From positions 96,001 through 160,000 of the forward strand of contig JAZURI010000002.1 in NCBI GenBank assembly GCA_045606105.1: a stretch of DNA of 64,000 nucleotides, written 5' to 3'. The notes under the pieces are model-generated. The model worked only from the letters and a program-made list of their open reading frames with translations. It did not search any database and was not told where the DNA came from. Below are positions 11,101 through 19,442 of this stretch, piece after piece. The position numbers and the translations under genes are program-made. Source of the DNA: Spirochaetia bacterium. Its GTDB lineage: Bacteria > Spirochaetota > Spirochaetia > CADAEX01. Each line of letters begins with the position of its first letter. Position 1 is the first letter of the stretch.

Positions 11101-12498
11101 CTTTCAGGAAACGGTGTGGGAACACTGCGCATCAACGGCAACATCAACAATCCCGACATCTGGGGTGTACTCAGGGCCGATGATATCTATTTCACCCTTA
11201 ATTCCGTACCTGATATCCTGGGACCTTCATCTGCCGAGATTTTCCTTCAGGGAAAGGAAATTTCCCTTCAGCCTCTGCAGATCGATCTTTCAAAGGACAA
11301 TTTTGCCCATGTCAACGCCCAGTTCATCCACGAGCACTGGGCCCTGGACTATTTCAATGTAAATATTTCCGTATACGGAGATCCGAAAAAAGGAACCAGG
11401 ATTACCGAAACCTTCTACGGTATCGATGTGGACGGCTATGCAAACGGACACATTTCCGTTGCCGGCAGCAACAGGACATACTGGGTAGAAGGGGATGTGG
11501 TGGTAAACAACTGTATCATCAACATGAGCAAGGACTTCTATGACGAGCCTGAGGAATCCGACGATTTCTATGAATTTATAGTTGATATGAAGCTCCAGAG
11601 CGGAACCGGTGTGGAATTTTTCTGGCCGACCCAGAAATTTCCGGTACTCAGGGCCTATGCCGACAGGAACCAGATCGTAACCATCAATTTCGACAGCTCT
11701 GCCGAAACCTTCAACATTGACGGAAACGTGGATTTCAAGGGCGGTGATATCTTCTACTTCAGCAACAACTTCTTCATCAGGGACGGACAACTTTTCTTCC
11801 ATGAGAACCAGGACAAGTTCGACCCGAGAATCACCGTAAATGCCGAAATGAGAACCATAAGCAGGAACAACGAAAAGGTAAAGGTTCTTTTTATCCTGGA
11901 CAATGCACCTCTCAGCAATTTCCAGCCTAGAATAGAATCGGTTCCGGCCCTTTCACAGGCCGAGCTTTTTGAGCTTCTGGGCGATACACTCATGGGAGGA
12001 GACCCGGGAGATGACGAAAGGACAACCATGACCACCCTGGCCAACGCCAGTGCCTACGGTACCCAGCTTCTCGGTATATTCCGGCCCTTTGAAAGGACTG
12101 TAAAGGACATACTGAACCTGGATCTCTTCTCAATCCAGGCCCAGCTTTCGGACAAGATTTTCAATAACCGCCGTAACGAGGAGAAGAGTAATGTGGACAT
12201 GAAGCAGATTTCGGCCACCACATATATAAACAATATTGATATTTTCATGGGAAAATACTTCGGAAAGTACTTTTTTCTTGATACAACCCTAAGATTTTCC
12301 ACATGGGATTTTGACACATTTGAATATTATGATTATGATATGCCTGTATTAGGAAACATGTATATAGAATCGGAGATAAATTTTGAAGCTGAAACTCCGC
12401 TCTTTATACTTAATCTGGGATTATATCCTAAGTTCGGTAATATCAGGGATTCAATGCTGGATACCACATTGGGTATATCCTGGAGACTATCTTATTAG
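8191..12498 (+). CDS. tamB: TamB/AsmA-like translocation and assembly module protein
   Basis: 1435 aa, N-terminal anchor, beta-rich repeats, DUF490-like C-terminus ('FDPRITVNAE', 'IESVPALSQAELFELL'), directly upstream of bamA. Confidence 0.8.
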   Translation: MRSGYNFGIKKVLILMIAAAVAVLTSYYVRINAEAIALENRNAIIEYFENRLGRNLKYSTVDPFFVNSITIHDIEITDDLGRRLLKGDELKIRFNLFRYLFKKEFIISGVRLENGNINFIQAADSDIFFGNDSADNEETGNGKPARKLRNFRFSGKNITADFLTEYGSIRFERLYSNMTTTPETHLFDAHGTISGRNITLPVIGNFRTGFELKADLSRSNNIGDLDIDIKNFSSDVLNTGKLSLHAYYNDGNLEIRNVEDSTPIDYELRYYKESGRTEFRTVFENFRLSDNIVFVQKYQKYNRYAKGEANGNFSIVHTPKNVEKYAYSGDMAISFRNTNIPYRPECHLNFTGIDEKINFRALTMETDKGNGAYHGTIDIAEKSAEGDLLLDNFNIGNDIQVSTRFDISKSGDNTLLQSESLDINGYDLGSCTIKADTGSMKGELSVSKNGIRNLSIRGEQIPGKNYRGYITTERLDLKAAEAALNRNLIPGFIRMDLDSELFFITTGDNLYVSGRDLLVSDRNDRSNFLRFSVSSTLDDMSVNDIALKYGKAEGSGFLNITDMRKDTSLFRSIVSVNEINYEFKGFMNKGESLYLSGTPGFTLSAYFPDDKSSVFTCRTRDFPVYIKNCKSIFNLNINGSTEEGKLPAVNITNSSVSNLFFLRGSDNRITVNGNLRNNSLRLSSLRIKDAFSTVTGTGEGVFTDKANMGGWFRGTGSSPDEHYVINLSLKDNNIGLDAEIVNSRLERFIHIPVTGSLSGSVNVSGTMDSPEFSIDADIRKGTIFREPMEFATSISVTRDRSEIKSFNGYLGSVDILSTFGFIDWTEGIYNLDSNIVLNSKIDDSSAEALFSTSGIIEEEGSWIINPATTKNRGKMQLSSPSAVLIGYREWKFDYSNDGEIFTLNGGPYENSVSGRYFSDGNFDLNLKAPLFITGDVKGTLKDGYMDALINNAYVDLGSVGQLLKDSYFTPLSGNGVGTLRINGNINNPDIWGVLRADDIYFTLNSVPDILGPSSAEIFLQGKEISLQPLQIDLSKDNFAHVNAQFIHEHWALDYFNVNISVYGDPKKGTRITETFYGIDVDGYANGHISVAGSNRTYWVEGDVVVNNCIINMSKDFYDEPEESDDFYEFIVDMKLQSGTGVEFFWPTQKFPVLRAYADRNQIVTINFDSSAETFNIDGNVDFKGGDIFYFSNNFFIRDGQLFFHENQDKFDPRITVNAEMRTISRNNEKVKVLFILDNAPLSNFQPRIESVPALSQAELFELLGDTLMGGDPGDDERTTMTTLANASAYGTQLLGIFRPFERTVKDILNLDLFSIQAQLSDKIFNNRRNEEKSNVDMKQISATTYINNIDIFMGKYFGKYFFLDTTLRFSTWDFDTFEYYDYDMPVLGNMYIESEINFEAETPLFILNLGLYPKFGNIRDSMLDTTLGISWRLSY

Positions 12499-12506
12499 GA
12501 GCATTT

Positions 12507-15074
12507 ATGCATTGTTTTAAATATAAGCTTTTGTTTGTTTTACTTTTTATTTTCTCTGCATCCTTTTCCTTTGCCCAGGACAGCTGGTACCAGGGAAAGA
12601 AGATTTCGGAAATAAAGTTCAACGGATTGTATATGATCAATCAGGAGGAACTGGAATCAATAACCGACAGCTATATTGACAAAACTTTTGATGATGAAGT
12701 TTTCATGGAGCTTCAGAACAAGCTCTTTGCACTGGACTATTTTGAAGACATGACCTCTTCAGCCTATCCGGGAAGAGAGGATATTTCCAAATACGACCCT
12801 GAAAACACCGTTGTGATACAGTTCAACATGATCGAGTATCCTTCCGTAGCCAAGGTAAAGCTCTCAGGAAACAAGAATATCAGGAAAAACACCATTCTCG
12901 ACTCTGTCATGCTGAAGCCGGGTGATATCGTTACCGGTGTCAAGCTCAGGCTGGAGGAGGAGAGAATCAATGACCTCTATATAGAAAAGGGCTTCCATGA
13001 AGTACAGATTTCCGGGGAAATCGGTGCCAGGGATGAAAACAACACCGTTACCGTAACCTTCAGGATTGATGAAGGAAAACAGATGAACATCAAGGAAATC
13101 GTTTTCGTTGGAAACAACAATCTTTCCAAGACTGCCCTCAGAAGAAATCTTGAAACAAAGAAGCAGGGACTTTTCTCAAAGGGACTCTATCAGGAATCCC
13201 TTATCGAAGAGGATATTGAGAAAATCGAAAGCTTCTATTCCGAAAAGGGATACATCACCGCAAGGGTAGTGGATGTAAAGAGCGAAATAATCGATACCGA
13301 CGATCCTGAAAAGATGGGTCTGCGCCTTACATACTATATTGAAGAGGGAGACCAGTACACATACGACGGAATCAGCTTCATCGGAAACATAATCCATAAC
13401 GATGAAGAGCTTGAGAAGATGGTAAGGACCAAGAACGGAGATGTTCTCAACAAGGTAAGGATGGAGGCTGACTTTGTAAAGATTTCAGACCTTTACTTTG
13501 ATGACGGATATATATTCAACTCCATTTCCGAAGAGGAAGTCATCAACTACGAGCACAAGAAGGTTTCATATATCGTTACAATCGTGGAATCAGGAAGAGC
13601 CCATGTTGAAAATATCGTTGTAAGAGGAAACGACAAGACCAGGGAAAATGTAATTCTCAGGGAGCTTCCTATCGGCGTGGGAGATGTATTCAGCAAGAAG
13701 AAGATCATCGAAGGGGTACAGAACCTTTACAACCTTCAGTATTTCTCTGCCATCTATCCTGAAACACCGGCAGGCTCTGAGCACGGGCTCATGGATCTTA
13801 TAGTAAACGTGGAAGAGGGAAAGACCACCGATATCCAGTTCGGTCTTACATTTTCGGCCGATGCGGGAGATATTCCGGTAAGTGCCTTCGTAAAATGGAC
13901 CGACAGGAACTTCAGGGGAACAGGTCAGGAGCTCAGTGTAGGTACAGAACTTTCCACAGATGTACAGAGCCTTTCAGCCTCCTTTACCGAACGCTGGCTT
14001 ACAGACAAGCGTCTTTCAGGTACCATCACAGCATCGGTTTCCCACGAAACCACAGCCAATGTTGCCCAGGATATCATGAACCCTGTATTCAAGGGCGATG
14101 ACTATGACGACGGTGAGGTTCCTGACCCTTATGACGGACACCTTGTAGACAGACATACAGGAGAGCCTTCCGATGACGATGATGCAATAACAGACTACGA
14201 ATATGCCATCAAGCACGGCATCGGTATTCCGGAAGCATATCTCATGGAATACGAATCATGGAATATCGGACTTGGTCTCAGTCTCGGTTACACATGGCAT
14301 CTTCCTATCGGCCGTATCGGTTCCGGTGCAGGTTATAACTTCATCAGGACATGGGTAGACTACAATGACAGCATTTACCGTCCTTATAACGAAACCGTAA
14401 GGGAAAACTTCAACAAATGGATGACAACAAACCAGCTCTGGACCTCTGTATCATGGGATACAAGAGACATTGTATACAACCCTTCAAAAGGTTTTTATCT
14501 GAAGGAAACACTTACCTATACAGGTGGTATCCTCCCTTCAGACCGTCAGTATATCGCATCCACAACCAAGGGACAGATTTTCCAGCAGCTTTTCTCGATT
14601 CCGCTGGGAGAGGTATTCAAGTTCAAGATGGTACTGGCTCTCGGTTCCTCCATTTCAGTTATCCTCAACCAGCTTGACGATGACATCAAGGTTACAACCA
14701 ACGAGCTTCTCTACATTGACGGACTTACAATGGCAAGAGGATGGGACAGAGTCTACGACGGAAAGGTTCTCTGGGACAACTGGGTTGAGCTCAGGCTTCC
14801 TATTTTCGAGAGATATATATGGTGGGATTTCTTCATGACAGCAACAGGTATCTGGCCTGAAAGGGAAATGTTCAAGGACATGACATCTGAAGACTTCTAC
14901 TGCACATTGGGCGGTGGATTCAGGCTTACCATTCCGGGACTCCCTATCGGATTCTATTTTGTCAAGAGATTCCAGTACGACAACCACGGAAACATAGACT
15001 GGCAGGAAGGAACACTTTTCAAGAATTCCATGCAGCTTGACTTTGTTATCGGATTCAACCAGAGCTATTACTAG
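12507..15074 (+). CDS. bamA: Outer membrane protein assembly factor BamA
   Basis: Signal peptide, POTRA repeats ('IVVRGNDKTRENVILREL', 'LYNLQYFS'), barrel start 'DRNFRGTGQEL', ARGW variant of VRGF. Confidence 0.95.
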   Translation: MHCFKYKLLFVLLFIFSASFSFAQDSWYQGKKISEIKFNGLYMINQEELESITDSYIDKTFDDEVFMELQNKLFALDYFEDMTSSAYPGREDISKYDPENTVVIQFNMIEYPSVAKVKLSGNKNIRKNTILDSVMLKPGDIVTGVKLRLEEERINDLYIEKGFHEVQISGEIGARDENNTVTVTFRIDEGKQMNIKEIVFVGNNNLSKTALRRNLETKKQGLFSKGLYQESLIEEDIEKIESFYSEKGYITARVVDVKSEIIDTDDPEKMGLRLTYYIEEGDQYTYDGISFIGNIIHNDEELEKMVRTKNGDVLNKVRMEADFVKISDLYFDDGYIFNSISEEEVINYEHKKVSYIVTIVESGRAHVENIVVRGNDKTRENVILRELPIGVGDVFSKKKIIEGVQNLYNLQYFSAIYPETPAGSEHGLMDLIVNVEEGKTTDIQFGLTFSADAGDIPVSAFVKWTDRNFRGTGQELSVGTELSTDVQSLSASFTERWLTDKRLSGTITASVSHETTANVAQDIMNPVFKGDDYDDGEVPDPYDGHLVDRHTGEPSDDDDAITDYEYAIKHGIGIPEAYLMEYESWNIGLGLSLGYTWHLPIGRIGSGAGYNFIRTWVDYNDSIYRPYNETVRENFNKWMTTNQLWTSVSWDTRDIVYNPSKGFYLKETLTYTGGILPSDRQYIASTTKGQIFQQLFSIPLGEVFKFKMVLALGSSISVILNQLDDDIKVTTNELLYIDGLTMARGWDRVYDGKVLWDNWVELRLPIFERYIWWDFFMTATGIWPEREMFKDMTSEDFYCTLGGGFRLTIPGLPIGFYFVKRFQYDNHGNIDWQEGTLFKNSMQLDFVIGFNQSYY

Positions 15075-15088
15075 GAGATAATTTCAAA

Positions 15089-15613
15089 ATGAACAGAAAA
15101 ACAATTTTTATTGCATTGATTATATTTTTTTCAGCAGCAGCTTCATCCTTTGCCCAGCAGCAGATGATTCCCAAAATCGGACTTATCAACTATTCAGCCA
15201 TTGTAAAGGAGTATGTTCCGTTCAATCCTCTTTATGATGAAATCAAGAAGCTGAACAACGAGTATGAGAAAGAGGTGGCTGAAATCTCCGATGAAATCAA
15301 GGATATGGAGGAAAAAAGGGACAGCTATCTTGAATCGGGAATGGAAAAGACAGCTAAAAAGCTGGATGAACAGATCACCAACAAGAAAAATTATCTTGTA
15401 CAGTTTTCTGCTGCCAAGAATTATGAAATCGAACAGAAGAAGCTTCTTGTATCAGATTCCACAAATGCACTTGAAAAAGTCATAAATGAAATTCAGTACA
15501 TTGCCGAAAGCGAAGGCTATTCCGTTATCTTTGATTCAAATGACAAGAATATTATCTGGTGGAGCCAGAGCGTAGATATTACGGAGCTTGTAATCAAAAG
15601 ACTGAAAAAATAA
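15089..15613 (+). CDS. skp: OmpH/Skp periplasmic chaperone
   Basis: Signal peptide, 'KIGLIN', coiled coil, 'IAESEGYSVIFD...VDITELVIKRL'. Confidence 0.88.
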   Translation: MNRKTIFIALIIFFSAAASSFAQQQMIPKIGLINYSAIVKEYVPFNPLYDEIKKLNNEYEKEVAEISDEIKDMEEKRDSYLESGMEKTAKKLDEQITNKKNYLVQFSAAKNYEIEQKKLLVSDSTNALEKVINEIQYIAESEGYSVIFDSNDKNIIWWSQSVDITELVIKRLKK

Positions 15614-18168
15614 TGGAAAGTACTACAGATACCCCTGCGGTCAGACAATACAGAAGAATCAAAAGCGCCCATCCCGATGCCATTCTTTTTTTCAGAATGG
15701 GTGATTTCTATGAAATGTTTGACTCTGATGCCAGGGAAGCCAGTGCCATTCTTGATCTCGTCCTTACCAAAAGGGCCCAGCTCCCCATGTGCGGTATTCC
15801 GTTTCACGCTGCACCGGCCTATATCGGTCGTCTTCTCAAGGAGGGGCGGAAGGTAGCTATCTGTGAGCAGATAGGTACTCCTCAGAAGGGCTGCAAGGTC
15901 ATGGAGAGGGAAGTAACGGAAATAATCAGCCCCGGTACAGCCGTGGTAGAGGATTATCTCGACAAGAACAGCAACAATTATCTTTTTGCCGTGGGCAGGA
16001 CCGGTTCAACATATTCCCTTTCATATCTCGATCTTTCTACCGGCGAATTCTGTGCAGCCGGTTTCGGAGAATCTGAAAAGTTTGAATTTTTCAGAAAGGA
16101 ACTTTACCGCCTGATGCCGGGAGAAATCCTTATTCAGGAATCTCTCTGTTCCGAGGACAGTGATATAGCCTCCATTCTTGACAATTACAAAAAAGTTATC
16201 ATAAACCGGTTTCCGGACTGGCAGTTCGATCTTGAAAACTCAATACAGGCACTCAGGACCCAGTTCAATGTGATAAACCTCAAGGGATTCGGTTTCGAGG
16301 ACAATGCTCCGGAGCTTTTGTCTGCCGGCGTGATTCTCAACTATATCCATGAAACCTCAAAATCCATGCTGCCTCATATTACCGGTATAACCAGGTTCGA
16401 TTCCTCCGGATATATGTACCTTGATGAATCATCATTAAGGAATCTTGAAATACTGAGAAATATCCAGGACGGAAGCTCAAGGTATTCCCTTATAGAGGTT
16501 CTGGATCATACCAAAACGGCAGGGGGAAGCCGGAAGATGAAGCAATGGCTTACATCACCTCTGGTCTCTATAAAAGATATCAGGAAAAGACAGGATTCGG
16601 TAGATATCTTCTACAGAAACCAGCTCCTTCTTTCAACAGTCAGAAGCAGACTTTCCGGAATCCTTGATATGGAAAGAATCTGTGCCAAGACAGCCATGAA
16701 CAAATCCAATGCCAGGGATATGGAAGGCCTCAGGAACTCCTTTGAAAGATGTGCCGAAATCATGGAGCTGCTGGAGGAATACGGTTTTTTCAGCCCTGCC
16801 CACAGGGAGCATATAATTTCGCTTCGTGATTATCTGGAAAAAACCATTGCCGACAATCCCCCTGTGGTCATCAACGAGGGAGGGATGATAAAGGAAGGCT
16901 ACAACAGCGAACTGGACCATCTGCGCAATCTCAGGGACAACAGCCAGGCTATACTGGATGCATATATGGAAGATGAAAGAACAGCCTGTAACATTCCGAA
17001 CCTGAAGCTCAGATACAACAAGATTATCGGATATTTCATAGAGGTAACAAAATCCTATCTTTCCCAGGTACCGTCCCATTATATCAGAAAGCAATCCACA
17101 TTGAACAGCGAACGCTTTACTACGGAAAGACTTACAGAGCTTGAAACAGAGCTTAACACGGCATATGAAAAAATCATCACCCTGGAAAGGGAGCTTTTTA
17201 ACGAAATAAGGGACAGAATAAAGGAAGAAATCAGGTTTATCATTGATGTGGCAGGACGCATTTCAGAAACCGACTGTATTCAGTCCTTTGCCCATGCAGC
17301 CACAGTAAACGGATATATCAAGCCTGTAATCAACAGCAGCAGCTCTGTCAGCATCAAGGGTGGAAGACATCCGGTTGTTGAGGTCAATCTTCCTCCGGGA
17401 GAATTTATTTCCAATGATTTTTCCCTTCAGAGCGGCAAACAGAACCTGCTTATGCTTACCGGTCCCAACATGGCGGGAAAATCCACATTCCTAAGACAGA
17501 ATGCCATTATCGTCCTTATGGCACAGACAGGAAGCTTTGTACCGGCAGAGGAGGCTGAAATAGGGGTGGTGGACAAGATATTCTGCAGGGTAGGAGCCTC
17601 TGACAATCTGGCCAGGGGAGAATCGACCTTTCTTGTGGAAATGTCTGAAACAGCCAATATTCTCAGAGGAGCCACCCAGAACAGCTTTGTGATAATGGAT
17701 GAGGTAGGAAGAGGAACGGGAACCAATGACGGCCTTTCCATAGCCTGGAGCATCTGCGAATACCTGACCTGCAGACTGAAGGCCAAAACCATTTTTGCAA
17801 CCCATTACCATGAGCTTACCGCCATGGAAAACAGCAATATCGTAAACATGTCCATGAATGCCACCGAAGAAAACGGCAGACTTGTATTCCTTAAAAAGAT
17901 AAAACAGGGAGCTGCAAACCGTTCCTACGGAATCCATGTGGCCGAGCTGGCCGGAATACCTTACGAAATAATCCTCAGAGCCAAGGAGCTTATGAAAGGG
18001 CTGGAAAAAAAGGAGATGAAAATCCCTGAATGCCGGACTGAGGAACCGGAGCTGTTTTCACCGGCCCAGCTTCTGGAAAGCGAGATTCTTTCCGCCGACC
18101 TTAACAACATGACACCTATGCAGGCCCTCAGCTTTTTATCCGAGCTGCAGAAGCGACTGACACAATAG
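15613..18168 (+). CDS. mutS: DNA mismatch repair protein MutS
   Basis: FRMGDFYEMF, TGPNMAGKST, GESTFLVEM, DEVGRGT, FATHYHEL. ATG overlaps the skp stop. Confidence 0.97.
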   Translation: MESTTDTPAVRQYRRIKSAHPDAILFFRMGDFYEMFDSDAREASAILDLVLTKRAQLPMCGIPFHAAPAYIGRLLKEGRKVAICEQIGTPQKGCKVMEREVTEIISPGTAVVEDYLDKNSNNYLFAVGRTGSTYSLSYLDLSTGEFCAAGFGESEKFEFFRKELYRLMPGEILIQESLCSEDSDIASILDNYKKVIINRFPDWQFDLENSIQALRTQFNVINLKGFGFEDNAPELLSAGVILNYIHETSKSMLPHITGITRFDSSGYMYLDESSLRNLEILRNIQDGSSRYSLIEVLDHTKTAGGSRKMKQWLTSPLVSIKDIRKRQDSVDIFYRNQLLLSTVRSRLSGILDMERICAKTAMNKSNARDMEGLRNSFERCAEIMELLEEYGFFSPAHREHIISLRDYLEKTIADNPPVVINEGGMIKEGYNSELDHLRNLRDNSQAILDAYMEDERTACNIPNLKLRYNKIIGYFIEVTKSYLSQVPSHYIRKQSTLNSERFTTERLTELETELNTAYEKIITLERELFNEIRDRIKEEIRFIIDVAGRISETDCIQSFAHAATVNGYIKPVINSSSSVSIKGGRHPVVEVNLPPGEFISNDFSLQSGKQNLLMLTGPNMAGKSTFLRQNAIIVLMAQTGSFVPAEEAEIGVVDKIFCRVGASDNLARGESTFLVEMSETANILRGATQNSFVIMDEVGRGTGTNDGLSIAWSICEYLTCRLKAKTIFATHYHELTAMENSNIVNMSMNATEENGRLVFLKKIKQGAANRSYGIHVAELAGIPYEIILRAKELMKGLEKKEMKIPECRTEEPELFSPAQLLESEILSADLNNMTPMQALSFLSELQKRLTQ

Positions 18169-18228
18169 TGCGACTTTTTTTTATAGATTTCATTACTTTT
18201 TTTTAATTTTTTTTATTATCATTATTCT

Positions 18229-18615
18229 ATGACTAAGAATGACATTATTGAATTATGCAGAAAAGAGCAGTGGGATGAGCTTAAAAAAGCTTCTGAAAAC
18301 AGAAAAGAACTTAATGCATCCGATTCCTATGGCATGACACCCCTCATGCATGCGGCTTGGAAAAGCAATGATGCAGAACTGGTGGAAACCCTTTTGAAAA
18401 ACGGAGCTGAAATAGATGCCGTAAGCACCAACGGTATGACAGCCCTTATGTTTGCTGCCTGGAGAAGCAGCAACCCCGAACTGGTTTCCACACTTATCAG
18501 AAACGGAGCAGACATCAATGCCAGAGACAGTAACGGCATGACCCCGATCATGTATGCCTCCGGAGACAGCACCAGGGAAGAAATCGTAAAGATTCTCCTT
18601 GAAGCAAGAAAATAA
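18229..18615 (+). CDS. Small ankyrin-repeat protein
   Basis: Three G-M-T-[PA]-[LI]-M-x-A starts spaced 34 aa apart; 'LLKNGAEIDA' and 'LIRNGADINA'. Confidence 0.9.
   Translation: MTKNDIIELCRKEQWDELKKASENRKELNASDSYGMTPLMHAAWKSNDAELVETLLKNGAEIDAVSTNGMTALMFAAWRSSNPELVSTLIRNGADINARDSNGMTPIMYASGDSTREEIVKILLEARK
18331..18600 (+). repeat. Degenerate 102-bp tandem repeat encoding ankyrin units
   Basis: GGYATGAC occurs at 18331, 18433 and 18535, a 102-bp period. Confidence 0.75.
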
Positions 18616-18680
18616 ACCCCAAAACCCCTACACAGACCTTTGAAACAACATTTATTGATTTGAAATGCTGATTAAACAGG

Positions 18681-19442
18681 TCACTCCTGTTTTACCAGCT
18701 GCAGGAACATCAGCATATAGTGCTGTATGTCGTTGAAGTACTTTTTCTGAAAGGCGGCACCGGCAGGGGTCACATAGCGGAAATGCCAGCATTCCCAGCT
18801 GTAGCCTGTCAATTCCTCGTATCCCTTCGGAAAGGAGAGGGAGAATCCGTATTTTCCGGCATTTTCCCTCAGCCATTTTTCTTCCGCCGTATTATAGAAG
18901 CTGTCATCCACTGAGCCGAAATCCACCACGGTACCCAGCTGATGCTGGGATGATCCCGGAGGTGCGGAGAACTTATCGGTCTCTTCCTTTCCGTAAACAG
19001 AAATGTAATAGTTATAGAGACCGGTCTGGTATCTGTAGCTTCTGTAGGCAGAGGAGACCATTATATCCAGTCCCGCCTTCCTTGCATCGGCCAGCATTTT
19101 CTTCAGGGCATTGAATGCAGTCTCTTCCAGCTGCATCCCTTTCTTGTTGACCTTGATTCCGGTATCATCCAGTGAAACCAGGATTCCCGGATTATAGTCC
19201 TTATCCAGCAGATTCTTCTTGTCGGCCACAACAAAGAGCCTCTCATCCTCCTGTTCCACCAGCAAAAGATCTCTCTTGAAATCCTCCATGTTATCCAGGA
19301 TACTGTTCCTGATATCTGCAGGAAAGCCGTTGAAAAACAGGGCATCCACTATCCTGTCATCGTCAGGATCGGCAGGACAGCCGAATACAGCAACAAGAGT
19401 AAAAAATAAAAATGTAACTGCCCGTTTAAAAAATAAGTTCAA
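18681..19442 (-). CDS. M15B D-Ala-D-Ala carboxypeptidase (VanY-like), probable lipoprotein
   Basis: SAYRS, SQHQLGTVVD (SxHxxGxxxD), ECWH; signal peptide ending VFGC. Confidence 0.88.
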   Translation of the reverse strand: MNLFFKRAVTFLFFTLVAVFGCPADPDDDRIVDALFFNGFPADIRNSILDNMEDFKRDLLLVEQEDERLFVVADKKNLLDKDYNPGILVSLDDTGIKVNKKGMQLEETAFNALKKMLADARKAGLDIMVSSAYRSYRYQTGLYNYYISVYGKEETDKFSAPPGSSQHQLGTVVDFGSVDDSFYNTAEEKWLRENAGKYGFSLSFPKGYEELTGYSWECWHFRYVTPAGAAFQKKYFNDIQHYMLMFLQLVKQE

